DNA of 64,000 nucleotides from Pseudonocardiaceae bacterium (GCA_036266995.1 DATAWX010000169.1:11007-75006); one strand, 5' to 3'. Positions 1 through 9,840 are shown, counted from the stretch's first letter. Numbers and translations are program-made. Notes: generated from the letters alone by a model not told the origin.

Positions 1-2
1 TT

Positions 3-305
3 TCCGATACGGCACATAAACTCACCCAGCTCGGCCAGCCGGGTATCACCGACGGCCAAAAGGTTCAGGACACCGCGGTCGGATTTTTCACCACCGCAGC
101 CGCAACGGTCGGAAACCAGCGCGCGAAGCTTGCGGCGTTGGATGCGAAAGACCCGAACTTCGTCCAGAAGGCCAACAGCCTCGCTGTCCCCGATCTCGGC
201 CCGGACGCCACCCAGATTCAGGGGCTGACCAGTAACAAGGACCTGGCGCCCGCGTTTGGCAAGGCACCGGAGTGCCTGCGACTGGGCGCTACTGCGACAC
301 ACTGA
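3..305 (+). CDS. 3' end of an upstream gene (C-terminal ~100 aa of a hypothetical protein); the 5' end lies outside the window
   Basis: Frame 3 is open from the window edge to TGA at 303-305 and has G/C-rich third positions ('...GFFTTAAATVGNQRAKLAALDAKDPNFVQKANSLAVPDLGPDATQIQGLTSNKDLAPAFGKAPECLRLGATATH'). It is absent from the ORF track because no start codon lies in the window. No family recognised. Confidence 0.45.
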   Translation, partial: SDTAHKLTQLGQPGITDGQKVQDTAVGFFTTAAATVGNQRAKLAALDAKDPNFVQKANSLAVPDLGPDATQIQGLTSNKDLAPAFGKAPECLRLGATATH

Positions 306-336
306 TAGACGCGGGGTAGCTCGCCCTGCCATCCGT

Positions 337-1632
337 TCAGACTGTGCGGAACACCCAGCGGCGCAGCAGCAAGAACCGCAGCAACGTGGCGACGGCGTTG
401 GCAGCGACGAGCAACGCGAGCTCCACCGAGGGCGGCGGCGCGCTGTGCAGGGAATGGGCCACGGCCAGCGTGCCACTGGTCAGGCCCAGGGCGAGCCCGA
501 AGACGATCAGGCCCTGAAGCTGCTGGCGCGTCGCCCGCTGCCGTCCCACGACCCCGAAGGTGAACCGTCGGTTCAGTGCCGTGTTCGCGATCGCGGTGCT
601 CAGCAGGGCCGCCACGTTGGCGCCCTGCGCGCCCAGTGGGTGGTGCAGCAGCACGAAGAGGAGCAGGTAGGCCAGGGTGCTGAACACCCCGACGACGCCG
701 AAGCGCACCAACTGACGGGTCAGCCCGGCCGGCACGCCCGGCGTCGCCGGTTCCAGGGGGGCCCGGCCCAGTTGGGCACGCAGATCGTGCACGGGCAGTT
801 TGCCGGCGGCGAGCGCGCGGGCCAGCCGGACGATCCCGCGCATGTCCGCCTTCGCGGTGTTGACGATGTGCACGCGACTGTCCGGATCGTCGATCCAGTC
901 GACCGGAACCTCGTGGATGCGCAGCCCGCTGCGCTCGGCGAGGACGAGGAGTTCGGTGTCGAAGAACCACGCGTTGTCCTCGACGAGCGGCAGCAAGTGC
1001 GTCGCGACCTCGCGCCGGATGGCTTTGAACCCGCACTGCGCGTCGGAGAAGCGGGTGGACAGGGTGTGCCGGAGCATCAGGTTGTAGCTGCGGGAGATGA
1101 ACTCCCGCTTCGCGCCGCGGATGACGCGCGACCCTCGGTGCAGCCGGGTTCCGATGGCGAGGTCGGAGTGCCCCGAGACCAGCGGCGCGATCAGTGGCAG
1201 CAGCGCCGCGAGGTCGGTCGACAGGTCGACGTCCATGTAGGCCAGGACAGCTGCGTCCGACGCCGACCAGACCGCACGCAGCGCGCGTCCACGGCCCTTC
1301 TCCGGCATATGCACCACCCGTACCGACGAGAACTCCGCGGCCAGCCGCTTGGCGACCTCAAGAGTGGTGTCGGTGCTCGCGTTGTCGGCGACGGTGATCT
1401 GGAACGGATAGGGGACTCCTGCGGTCAGGTGCGCATGCAGACGTCGCACGCACGGCTCAAGGTCGATTTCCTCGTTGTACACCGGAATGACAATATCGAC
1501 AACAGGCGAGAGCGCAGGTGGCTGCGAAGCACTGGACGTGCTGGCCGGAGCAAGGTTTCCGGAGGTCACGATCGAACAGTAAAGGATAATGTCAATGCCA
1601 CTATCCGTCGCTCTGCGTGGGTTGTTCGTCAC
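337..1632 (-). CDS. Family-2 glycosyltransferase fused to a C-terminal GtrA-like membrane domain (polyprenyl-phosphate sugar synthase type), copy 1
   Basis: GT2 core 'VVDIVIPVYNEE...ITVADNASTD...YMDVDLSTD'. C-terminal hydrophobic GtrA-like region 'LVRFGVVGVFSTLAYLLLFVLL...ALNRRFTFGV...RRWVF'. The true start is uncertain: the 5' ~150 nt are AT-richer and poorly conserved versus copy 2. Confidence 0.85.
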   Translation of the reverse strand: MTNNPRRATDSGIDIILYCSIVTSGNLAPASTSSASQPPALSPVVDIVIPVYNEEIDLEPCVRRLHAHLTAGVPYPFQITVADNASTDTTLEVAKRLAAEFSSVRVVHMPEKGRGRALRAVWSASDAAVLAYMDVDLSTDLAALLPLIAPLVSGHSDLAIGTRLHRGSRVIRGAKREFISRSYNLMLRHTLSTRFSDAQCGFKAIRREVATHLLPLVEDNAWFFDTELLVLAERSGLRIHEVPVDWIDDPDSRVHIVNTAKADMRGIVRLARALAAGKLPVHDLRAQLGRAPLEPATPGVPAGLTRQLVRFGVVGVFSTLAYLLLFVLLHHPLGAQGANVAALLSTAIANTALNRRFTFGVVGRQRATRQQLQGLIVFGLALGLTSGTLAVAHSLHSAPPPSVELALLVAANAVATLLRFLLLRRWVFRTV

Positions 1633-1880
1633 CGGCTTGAAAAGTTGCAGGTGAAACGCCGAGTCGTGATCTTAACGGTGCCGGAGTTTTCTTTAGCGTT
1701 GATCGTGCCTAAACCGTACTTCATTGCCGTGCCTGTGCGCCGTAAATCGCTGTTTCCTTGTTGTTCAGGTCCATCTTGCAGAGTTCCTTGTGCGAGGTGG
1801 CCTACGCAGGCCCGCCTCCCGAGCCGCACGGAATGGAGTGTCGCGTGGCAGGTTCGGTCCGATCCCGGCTCCTCGACCGC
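337..1880. repeat. Segmental duplication, copy 1 (GT2-GtrA gene, divergent promoter region and first codons of the PMT gene)
   Basis: Hand alignment to 8283-9840 shows near-collinear nucleotide identity across the whole gene. It continues through the intergenic block 'tgcgcctgtgcgccgtaaatcgctgtt' to about 'ggaatggag...tcggtccgatc'. Confidence 0.8.
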
Positions 1881-3344
1881 TCGACCACGCGCGTAGGCGC
1901 TGCCGGTCAGAAGGTGAAGGCCGTCGGTAAACCACCCTCGAAGGCGGATGCTCCGCAGGGCGTCCGGGCGGCCTGGCGCCGGCTGAATGTGCCCCCGGAG
2001 CTCGTCTGGCTCACCTTTCTCGCGGCGGCCACCCGCCTGGCGGCGATCACTCACCCGCGCGCGATCGTCTTCGACGAGGTGTACTTCCGGCAGTATGCGC
2101 TGGGCTATTTGAACGGCTCATACTTCTTCGACCTCCACCCGCCGCTGGGCAAGCTGCTGCTGGCCGGCTGGGCGAAGCTGTTCGGAGTCACTGCCACGGC
2201 GCAGTCCACCGACCCCGCAGTGGCCCTGCGCGTGCTGCCCGCGCTGGCGGGTACGGCGCTCGTCGCGGTGTTCTACCTGCTGCTCCGCGAGCTGACCGCC
2301 AGCCGGAAGGTAGCGACGTTCGGGGCGGCGCTGCTGCTGCTGGACAACGCGATCCTGGTCGAGTCCCGGCTCATCCTCGTCGACAGCATGCTGCTGCTGT
2401 TCGGCATCGGCGCCCTCACCTGCTACCTCGCGTCCCGGCACCGCACCGGACGGGCGCACTGGATCCTGCTGACCTGCAGCGCTGTCCTGGCCGGCATGGC
2501 TGTCAGCACAAAACTGACTGGCGTGTCGGCGCTCGGCCTGATCGGGCTTGTGTGGTTCGCCCAGACAGTGCGCGGTCGGATCAGCTGGCGGCTCGCGCTG
2601 CCCCAGGCGGCCGTCTTGATCCTCGTCCCGGCCGTGGTCTACGTCAGTGTCTTCGCCATCCATTTCCAGCTGCTCCCGCACAGCGGCCCGGGCGACGCGT
2701 TCATGTCCCAGCAATTCCAATCCACGCTGGTCGGCAATGCCCACTACGACCCTGCTGCGCGGATGTCCTTCATTGACAAGTTCATCGAGCTCAACAAGGC
2801 GATGCACAGCTACGAACTGTCCCTCGACAACAGCCACCACCCGTACAGCTCCAGCTGGCTGAGCTGGCCGTTCCTGAAACGCCCGGTGTACTACTGGACC
2901 GGCCCGAAGGAGTACATCTACCTTCAGGGCAACCCGGTCGTCTGGTGGGGCTTACTGGTGGGCGCGGTCGTGGTCGCCGTAGGCTGGATGCGCCGTCCGG
3001 AGCTATTCGAACGGTATCGCGGAGTGATGGCCCTGCTCGGCGTCGCGTGGGCCGCCAATTTCGTGCCGTTCGCCACCATCGTGCGGCCGATGTTCCTCTA
3101 CCACTACTTCTTCGCTTTCCTTTTCAGCATCGCCGCGGTCAGCATCGGGCTGGGGCTACGGGCGGGCTGGATGACCGACGGCGACGCGTTGTGGCGGTTC
3201 CCTTCGCAGCGTTCGGCGGCCCTCTACTGGGGCATCCTCGCGGTCGCGCTGGCTGGGTTTCTGTTCTTCGCCCCGATCTCCTACGGGCTTCCACTCAGTG
3301 ACGGCGGTCTGTCCGCCCGCATCTGGCTGGATTCATGGCGCTGA
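1758..3344 (+). CDS. GT39 (PMT family) dolichyl/polyprenyl-phosphate-mannose protein mannosyltransferase-like GT-C enzyme
   Basis: Signature loop-1 motifs 'AIVFDEVYF' (DE) and 'FFDLHPPLGKLLLAGW', many TM segments, C-terminal 'PMT_4TMC'-like hydrophobic region. The start is probably downstream of 1758; ATG at 1833 ('MECRVAG...') is the codon conserved in the duplicated remnant at 9792. Confidence 0.85.
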   Translation: MLFRSILQSSLCEVAYAGPPPEPHGMECRVAGSVRSRLLDRSTTRVGAAGQKVKAVGKPPSKADAPQGVRAAWRRLNVPPELVWLTFLAAATRLAAITHPRAIVFDEVYFRQYALGYLNGSYFFDLHPPLGKLLLAGWAKLFGVTATAQSTDPAVALRVLPALAGTALVAVFYLLLRELTASRKVATFGAALLLLDNAILVESRLILVDSMLLLFGIGALTCYLASRHRTGRAHWILLTCSAVLAGMAVSTKLTGVSALGLIGLVWFAQTVRGRISWRLALPQAAVLILVPAVVYVSVFAIHFQLLPHSGPGDAFMSQQFQSTLVGNAHYDPAARMSFIDKFIELNKAMHSYELSLDNSHHPYSSSWLSWPFLKRPVYYWTGPKEYIYLQGNPVVWWGLLVGAVVVAVGWMRRPELFERYRGVMALLGVAWAANFVPFATIVRPMFLYHYFFAFLFSIAAVSIGLGLRAGWMTDGDALWRFPSQRSAALYWGILAVALAGFLFFAPISYGLPLSDGGLSARIWLDSWR

Positions 3345-5224
3345 TCCTCTTCGTCTCCGCCCTGCTGCTCGGCGCGGCCGTAGTCTGGTGGCTCAAGCTG
3401 CCGCTCTATCCGTTCGAGGCCGCGGCGCTCACCGTGGTGATCGGCCTCTTCGGCTGGACCTGGCTGGCATTCCTCACCGCGCTCGTGCTGCCGTATCACT
3501 TCGCGGTCCCGCTCACGATCGGCCTGGCCGCCGGCGCCTGCGTCGTGTTGTGGAACCGACGTCGGCTGCAATGGCGCCCGCTCGAGGGCGGGCGGACCGG
3601 CTGGATCGTCTGGGGCGTCACCAGCCTGGCGACCGCAGCGCTGCTCGGACCACTGTTCTGGACGCACAGCCTCGAGACGGATTCGACGGGGGTGTACTCC
3701 GCCGGGTCCACCTGGGCCGACTTCGGGCTGCACGCGGCCATCATCAGCCACCTAGCCGTGTTCGACCGGATGCCGATGGACCTGCCGGTCGCGAGCGGGG
3801 CGCACCTGACCTACCCGTATCTCGTCGACCTCCTGTCGGCCCTGTATCTCCGCGACGGTTGGAGCCTGCACCTCAGCCTTTTCCTGCCCGGCGTCCTGCT
3901 CGCGCTGGCCATCTGCCAGCTCCTGCTGTCGTTCAGCCTGCGGCTGTTCGGCCATATCGGAGCCGCCGTCACCGGCCTCGTGCTATTTCTGGCGGTCGGT
4001 TCGGCCGCCGGGCTGCACCTCGCCTACGACGACTGGCAGCACAGCGGCCGGAGCCTACTGGCATTCCTCTCCGACCTCCCGCGTGACTACACCGTGCTCA
4101 GCAACGAGAACGGCAACGTCACCAACCTCGTCGCGAATGCCCTGCTGCCGCAGCGCTCCATGCTGTTCGGTCTCGGTGTCGCGCTCGCAGTGCTGATCCT
4201 GCTCCACACGGCCCGGCACACCGGCGACCGGCGGTACCTGCTCGTCGGCGGCGTACTGGTCGGTCTGCTGCCGACGGCCCATCCGCATTCGTTTCTCGTG
4301 TGTGGGGCCGTGCTCGGCGCCCTCACCGTGGAGGCCGCCTTGCGTCTGCGTCGGCCGCCGTGGGGTCATCTGGCGTCGGCCTGTATCGCCCTCGCACTGG
4401 CCGCGCCGCAGCTGGCGTGGCAACAGTTGGCCAACGGCGGCGGCACCGGGGGGCGGTTGCGACTCGGCTGGATGCAGAGCCCGGGCGAGTCGATCTGGGG
4501 CTTCTGGTGGACCAACTTCGGGCTGATGGGCATCTTCTTCGTGGTCTTGCCGTTCTTGCTGCTCCGCCGGGAATGGCGACACTATCTCGTGTGGTACCTG
4601 CCTTTTTTGGCGATCCTCATCGTCACCCAGGTGTACGCGTTCCAGCCGTTCGAGTACGACAATCTCAAGCTGATCTACTACGTTTACCTTATGGCCGGCC
4701 TGTTCGCCGGTTTCCTCGCCGTCCAGGTGTACCGGGCCAGCCGCTGGAACCTTGCGTTACTGCTGGCGGCCGGGCTCGTCGTGGCAATACCGGGCCTGCT
4801 GTCCGTCATCCACGAATTCCAGATGCGCTACCAGTTCGCCGACAGCTCCGACGTGGCGCTCGCCAGTTGGGTCCGCAGCAACACCCGGCCGGACGCCGTG
4901 TTCATCGGCGCCGCGCGGCCCACCCAGCCGATCGCGACACTGGGCGGCCGGTCGATCGTCCTGGGTTATCAGGGCTGGCTTTTCAACTTCAACTTGCCTT
5001 ACGACCAGCGGGAGGCCGCGGTCCGCGCGGCACTCGCAGGGCGTATCGATGACCCGGTACTGCGCAGTTTTCATCCCGATTATCTCGCCGTCGGGGCCAA
5101 TGAGGACAAGTCCTGGACGATCGACCGGACCGCGCTCGCGCGCCTGCCGGTCGCCTACGGGAACGCGGAGTGGACAGTCTACCGGCTGGCCGGTGCCGGC
5201 CTCCGTCCTCCACAGAGACCGTGA
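3335..5224 (+). CDS. Large polytopic membrane protein, GT-C-like (resembles the DUF2298 / YYY-type family from memory); paralogue of 10913-13096
   Basis: About 14 predicted TM helices. First-loop motif 'WADFGLHAAIISHLAVFDRMPMDLPVASGAHLTYPYLVDLLSA' is collinear with 'WGDTALHIGIARSFSEGDNYPPVLPIFSGETIHYHFGFDFYAGA' in the 727-aa protein. The ATG overlaps the PMT stop by 10 nt, suggesting translational coupling. Confidence 0.6.
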   Translation: MALILFVSALLLGAAVVWWLKLPLYPFEAAALTVVIGLFGWTWLAFLTALVLPYHFAVPLTIGLAAGACVVLWNRRRLQWRPLEGGRTGWIVWGVTSLATAALLGPLFWTHSLETDSTGVYSAGSTWADFGLHAAIISHLAVFDRMPMDLPVASGAHLTYPYLVDLLSALYLRDGWSLHLSLFLPGVLLALAICQLLLSFSLRLFGHIGAAVTGLVLFLAVGSAAGLHLAYDDWQHSGRSLLAFLSDLPRDYTVLSNENGNVTNLVANALLPQRSMLFGLGVALAVLILLHTARHTGDRRYLLVGGVLVGLLPTAHPHSFLVCGAVLGALTVEAALRLRRPPWGHLASACIALALAAPQLAWQQLANGGGTGGRLRLGWMQSPGESIWGFWWTNFGLMGIFFVVLPFLLLRREWRHYLVWYLPFLAILIVTQVYAFQPFEYDNLKLIYYVYLMAGLFAGFLAVQVYRASRWNLALLLAAGLVVAIPGLLSVIHEFQMRYQFADSSDVALASWVRSNTRPDAVFIGAARPTQPIATLGGRSIVLGYQGWLFNFNLPYDQREAAVRAALAGRIDDPVLRSFHPDYLAVGANEDKSWTIDRTALARLPVAYGNAEWTVYRLAGAGLRPPQRP

Positions 5225-5455
5225 TGCAGCGGAACAGCAACCCGAGGTAGTGGCGGTTGTTCGACTGCCATACCTCCGGTGGCGGTGCGTCGTAGCGGGC
5301 GTTGTACGTCCATCGGAACATCATCAGCATGGTGGGTGACGAAGCCCGCCACTGCAGCACAGTTCAGGGCACGCCGTCGAAGCTGGAACGCGTCGCGAGT
5401 AGGAGGTCATGCGGCAAGGTCAGGTGCAGGCCGAGATCAGGCGGAATCCCCCGGC

Positions 5456-6379
5456 TCAGTCGGCACGGTTCGATGATCGATCAGGTTCCGAATTGATCCC
5501 CCGGTCCCGGTCTACGCCGGCGTGGGAGTTGCCGTGAGGCTCGATGGCGCCCGCCTGGTCGGACCCGGCGTCGGATCTGGGCTCCCTCTCGGCCTCGGGC
5601 GTGGACTCCGTGTCACCGCGCAGAATGAGGTACGCGGCACCGCCTATGCCAGCCATAATCAGGATGCCCACAAACACCCAGATGGCCTTGCTCAGGCCCT
5701 GCGTGGAGGTGCTCCCAGCCGCGGTCGTCGGTTTCGCCGGCGCCGCCGCGGCGGTCGCGAAATCGGCTACCGTGGCGTTTCTCGGGATACCACTGACCTT
5801 GGTCACGGTCACCGCGTCGAAATCCGCCGTACCAACGTTGAGCTGACCGAAGTGGCCGAGCCCCATGGTCAGGTCGATGGTGGTCTGCGGACCGACCTTG
5901 ATGTAGAGGTCCAGCGGCCGCCATTGAGTGTCGGTGCGTACCGAATCGGTGACGGTGTACTGGTCGTACACCCCGAGCACAGCCGCCATATTCGCGTTCG
6001 CGCCGCTTGCCTTGACCATCGCATGAAACTGATAACTCGTGTTCGGGGTTACCCGCACCGGCACCATCACCCGAGCGTGGTTGGACTTGCGGGAGACGAT
6101 CTGCAGGAAGTGCGTGCCGTCGGCCGCCGCACCGCTGACGATCGTGGCTGTCGAGTTCCCCGGCGTCCACTCGACGAACTTCCAACCCACGGGCAGGCCG
6201 GAACCCGATTCAAACGATTCCGTCATCACCGGAGTCATTGGAGAGGGCGTTGGAGGGTCGGCGAGCCCGCTCGCGGTGCCGAGTCCGATGGACGCCAGCC
6301 ACCCTGTGATGACAGCGAGCAGAACGGTCACCGTTCGTTTCGCCCCGGTACGCGGCCCAGCAGCCGTGGCCATTCGCAA
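5456..6379 (-). CDS. Exported, C-terminally membrane-anchored protein with a carbohydrate-binding-module-like beta-sandwich domain
   Basis: N-terminal signal/anchor 'TVTVLLAVITGWLASIGLGTASG'. Jelly-roll-like region 'GWKFVEWTPGNSTATIVSGAAADGTHFLQIVSRKSNHARVMVPVRVTPNTSYQFHAMVKASG'. Ala/Thr linker, TM helix 'IWVFVGILIMAGIGGAAYLIL', then a charged tail. Confidence 0.55.
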   Translation of the reverse strand: MRMATAAGPRTGAKRTVTVLLAVITGWLASIGLGTASGLADPPTPSPMTPVMTESFESGSGLPVGWKFVEWTPGNSTATIVSGAAADGTHFLQIVSRKSNHARVMVPVRVTPNTSYQFHAMVKASGANANMAAVLGVYDQYTVTDSVRTDTQWRPLDLYIKVGPQTTIDLTMGLGHFGQLNVGTADFDAVTVTKVSGIPRNATVADFATAAAAPAKPTTAAGSTSTQGLSKAIWVFVGILIMAGIGGAAYLILRGDTESTPEAEREPRSDAGSDQAGAIEPHGNSHAGVDRDRGINSEPDRSSNRAD

Positions 6380-7039
6380 CCTCCCGGCGACGGAGCAGGC
6401 CTCGCTGCACCGCAGCTAAGAGGCATCGAACCGAGGCCTGCGCCCGACATACATGAGTAAGACGCTCATCTGATCGTGCCGGTCTTCCCTCCCACAAGCC
6501 CGCTACGCGACTCGCGACGAGTTGACGTCCGTCGTTGGTCTGCTGTTCACCAACGCCCGGGCTTTCGTGGTCCCGATGGGGACGGTGACCAGCAGATCAC
6601 GGACATCTATAGCGGTGCCTGAAACGACTCTGGCCGAAATCAGAATCCGCCCGTTTACCTCTAAAGTCATATCCTCCACAAGCTCGGCACCACCGACGTT
6701 TCCCGGTCTGCGGACGGGTCGGCGCTGTCGAGTTGTCGGGAGGTCAAGACCGGGGACAAGCGGGCTCTTCATGAGAGCGACTCAGCGCGGTCGAACGCCG
6801 TTCAATAAACGTTCACATCCGTCTTGCAGAGTCCCGCATGTGTCGGTCAGCGCCAGTCCGGGCATGAGGTTGCGGGGACCGGTTCGGGCGAGATCGTGGG
6901 TCGCGAGCTCACCCGGTCCACGCGAGCCTAAGATGCGTCACCATCGACGCTAAATCGCCCTGATTGCGCTCTCGCATCCCGTATTCGATACATATTTCGG
7001 TTAGTCTGATGTTCTTGTCGATCTGCAGGAGACGGAAGG

Positions 7040-8227
7040 GTGGCACCCCTGGAAACGGGCGAGATTCGGCATGGCGATCTGGGCGATCAACGTTCAGCAC
7101 AGTGTGCGCGGCTGCCATCCACGTGGAGTCTGCTCGGGCGTCTCGTTCTGCTCTGCGCAGGTATCCGCATCGGGCTCGAGGCCATAGGTTTGGTTTCGCT
7201 CGCCCTCCATGATCAGCCGGTCTGGACGAACGCGATTGATATGTGGAACCGGTGGGATGCGCCGCATCTGCTCCGGCTCGCCGAGGTGGGCTACGTCCGG
7301 TCATCGCCTCCGCCCAACACTGACGATCCGCTCTATATCGTCTTCTTCCCGCTTTTCCCGCTCGCCGTGCACATCGTCTCCCTCGTTGTGCAAAACCTAG
7401 TGCTGTCGGGGCTCGTCGTGTCGTTCGCCGCGAGCGTGGGAGCCGGCTACTTTCTCTTCAGATTAGTCGCCCTGGACGCCGAGGAGGCAGCGGCGTGGCG
7501 TGCGGTGTTCCTGCTGTTCTCCTTTCCTACTGCGTACTTCCTCGCTGCACCGTTCACGGAGGCTCTAGCCCTGTTCGCCGTGCTTGCCTCCGTCTACGCC
7601 GCGCGGACTGGCCGTTGGGCGGGGGCCGGAGTGGCCGGCGCACTCGCGACAGGCACCCGGGTGACGGGCATCGCCCTGGCTCCGGCGCTCCTTCTGGAGG
7701 TGCTCGCCAGGAAAACAAGCGTGAGCGATCGAGTCCGCGGGCTGGCGTGGGTCTCCCTCGCCGCGGCCGGTCTCCTGACCTATCTTGCGAGCAACCAGAT
7801 TGTTCACGGCGACCCGCTGTATTTCATCGAGGTGCAGCGGACGCATTGGTCCAACCAGGCCGCCCCCCCGTGGCAACCGGTGCAGGTAGCAATCGAATCG
7901 CTGTTAGCGGGCGGCAATGACTTCACATTCACGTTCATATACGTGGGTCGCGTCGCGGGGGTCCTCGTGGCGTTGCCACTCCTAGTCCTTGCGGTGCGGC
8001 GACTGCGACTGCCGGACGTACTTTATGGCTGGACGGCTTTCATCCTCACCCTGTCGTCATCATGGTTGATCAGCTTTCCGCGATACCTGCTCGTCCTGTA
8101 TCCGCTCTTCGTCGTTGGTGCAGGGCTTACTCGCTCACCCCGGGCGTTCATCCCGTTCGTGCTTTCCGGTACGGCTCTTCAAGTGTGGCTGATGTGGCGG
8201 TATTCTGTCGGTGAGTGGACCTTCTAA
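7040..8227 (+). CDS. PIG-V-like (GPI mannosyltransferase 2 family) integral membrane glycosyltransferase
   Basis: Family-typical N-terminal motif 'WNRWDAPHLLRLAEVGY...DPLYIVFFPLFPLAVHIVS' followed by ~9 TM helices. The start codon (GTG 7040) is uncertain. Confidence 0.65.
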   Translation: MAPLETGEIRHGDLGDQRSAQCARLPSTWSLLGRLVLLCAGIRIGLEAIGLVSLALHDQPVWTNAIDMWNRWDAPHLLRLAEVGYVRSSPPPNTDDPLYIVFFPLFPLAVHIVSLVVQNLVLSGLVVSFAASVGAGYFLFRLVALDAEEAAAWRAVFLLFSFPTAYFLAAPFTEALALFAVLASVYAARTGRWAGAGVAGALATGTRVTGIALAPALLLEVLARKTSVSDRVRGLAWVSLAAAGLLTYLASNQIVHGDPLYFIEVQRTHWSNQAAPPWQPVQVAIESLLAGGNDFTFTFIYVGRVAGVLVALPLLVLAVRRLRLPDVLYGWTAFILTLSSSWLISFPRYLLVLYPLFVVGAGLTRSPRAFIPFVLSGTALQVWLMWRYSVGEWTF

Positions 8228-8282
8228 TAACCCAACGACGACGGCTCTGGCTATCCGGCGGTAGCTGAACGCCTATGTTTAG

Positions 8283-9683
8283 TCAGGCCTTGCGAAACAC
8301 CCAGCGGCGCAACAGGAGGAACCGCAGTAAGGTGGTGGCAGCGCTAGCAGTGACGATCAGCGCAGGCTCGAGCGCGGCCGGTGGTGCGCTGTGCAGGGAA
8401 TGCGCCACGGCCAGCGTGCCGCTGGTCAGGCCCAGGGCGAGCCCGAAGACGATCAGGCCTTGAAGCTGGTGGCGGGTCCTACGCCGCGGACCGACAACCT
8501 CGAAGGTGAATCGCCGGTTGAGCGCCGTGTTCGCGATCGTGGTGCTCAGCAGGGTCAGAGCGTTGGCGCTCTGCGCCCCCAAAGGGTTGCGAAGGAGCAG
8601 GAACAAGATCAGGTACGCCACGGTGCTGAGCAGCCCGACGACTCCGAACCGCACTAGCTGGCGAGTCAGTCCTGCTGGTACGCCCGCTGTGGCCGGCTCG
8701 AGCGAGGTCCGGCCGAGCTGGGCGTGCAGGTCGTGTACCGGCAGTTTACCGGTGGCGAACGCGCGGACCAGCCGGGAAATCCCGCGGAGGTCGGCCATCG
8801 CGGTGTTGACGATGTGCACGCTGCTGTCCGGGTCGTCGATCCAGTCGACGGGGACCTCGTGGATCCGCAGCCCGCCGCGCTCCGCGAGGACGAGCAGCTC
8901 TGTATCGAAGAACCACGCGTTATCCTCGATCAGCGGCAGAAGATGCACAGCAACCTCGCGCCGGATGGCTTTAAATCCGCAGGTTGCATCGGAGAAGCGG
9001 GTGGACAGGGTGTGCCGGACCATCAAATTGTAGCTGCGGGAGATGAACTCGCGCTTCGCGCCGCGGATGACGCGCGACCCTCGGTGTAGCCGGGTTCCGA
9101 TGGCGAGGTCGGAGTGTCCTGAGACCAGCGGCGCGATCAGTGGCAGCACGGCCGCGAGGTCGGTGGACAGGTCGACGTCCATGTAGGCCAGGACAGCTGC
9201 GTCCGACGCCGACCAGACGGCGCGCAGCGCACGGCCCTTGCCTTTCTCTGGCATATGTACGACCCGTACCGATGGGAACTCCGCGGCCAGTCCCTTGGCG
9301 ACCTCAAGAGTGGTGTCGGTGCTCGCGTTGTCGGCGACGGTGATCTGGAACGGATAGGGGACCTCTGCGGTTAGGTGCGCATGCAGACGTCGCACGCACG
9401 GCTCAAGGTCGATTTCCTCGTTGTAGACAGGAATGACAATATCGACAACGGGCGAGAGCGCAGGCGGCTGCGAAGCACCGGACGTGCTGGCCGGGGCAAG
9501 GTTTCCGGACGTCACGTTGAAACAGTAAAGGAGAATGTCAACATCATTATTTGGGTTGCTCTGCGTGGATTGTTCGTCACCGGCAACGAAAGCTGCAGGT
9601 GGAACATCTCCACGGGGACGAGTGGCGGGTTCGCCGGCCCGAGCGTTTCCTTTAGTGTTGATCGTACCTAAGTAACGCTTCAT
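8283..9683 (-). CDS. Family-2 glycosyltransferase fused to a GtrA-like domain, copy 2
   Basis: Almost residue-for-residue paralogue of 337-1632 ('VVDIVIPVYNEEIDLEPCVRRLHAHLTAEVPYPFQITVADNASTD...'). The 80-aa N-terminal extension in this ORF is probably partly 5' leader. Confidence 0.85.
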   Translation of the reverse strand: MKRYLGTINTKGNARAGEPATRPRGDVPPAAFVAGDEQSTQSNPNNDVDILLYCFNVTSGNLAPASTSGASQPPALSPVVDIVIPVYNEEIDLEPCVRRLHAHLTAEVPYPFQITVADNASTDTTLEVAKGLAAEFPSVRVVHMPEKGKGRALRAVWSASDAAVLAYMDVDLSTDLAAVLPLIAPLVSGHSDLAIGTRLHRGSRVIRGAKREFISRSYNLMVRHTLSTRFSDATCGFKAIRREVAVHLLPLIEDNAWFFDTELLVLAERGGLRIHEVPVDWIDDPDSSVHIVNTAMADLRGISRLVRAFATGKLPVHDLHAQLGRTSLEPATAGVPAGLTRQLVRFGVVGLLSTVAYLILFLLLRNPLGAQSANALTLLSTTIANTALNRRFTFEVVGPRRRTRHQLQGLIVFGLALGLTSGTLAVAHSLHSAPPAALEPALIVTASAATTLLRFLLLRRWVFRKA

Positions 9684-9840
9684 GAGTGCGCCTGTGCGCC
9701 GTAAATCGCTGTTCGATGGTTGTTCATGTTGGTCTACGAAGTTCCCTGCGCGAGTCGGCTTACGCAGTGTCGTCCCGCCAGTCGCGCGAAAATGGAGGCG
9801 CGCGGCATACTCGGTCCGATCTCAGCTATTCGACGGGCCC
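8283..9840. repeat. Segmental duplication, copy 2 (GT2-GtrA gene, promoter region and a degenerate remnant of a PMT 5' end)
   Basis: See copy 1. Beyond ~9840 the similarity to the PMT gene is lost and no GT39 ORF follows. Confidence 0.8.

Noticed and set aside
500-570. 'ccccgaaggtgaacc' in the GT2-GtrA genes (also ~8500) matching the 'gaaggtgaac' block of the sORF module.
   Set aside because: It simply encodes the GtrA-domain peptide 'RRFTFG' on the minus strand. The similarity does not extend beyond ~13 nt.
218-1896. Long ORFs overlapping the GT2-GtrA gene in other frames or on the other strand (218-1036 minus, 256-1896 plus, 800-1087 plus).
   Set aside because: Arg/Ala/Pro/Gly-rich translations with no motifs. 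These are typical spurious open frames of high-GC DNA opposite a well-supported gene.
6480-6560. Apparent resemblance to the sORF module ('cccacaagccc', 'cgacgag', 'ctgctgttcacc').
   Set aside because: The shared words occur in mirror order rather than colinear or reverse-complement order, so this is not a fourth copy.
6503-6772. 89-aa minus-strand ORF ('...MTLEVNGRILISARVVSGTAIDVRDLLVTVPIGTTKARALV...') in a lower-GC intergenic region.
   Set aside because: No family recognised, unusual codons (tta, gta, ata, tca), and the best internal ATG has a GGAGGA only 1 nt upstream. It could be a foreign small gene, but support is insufficient to call it.
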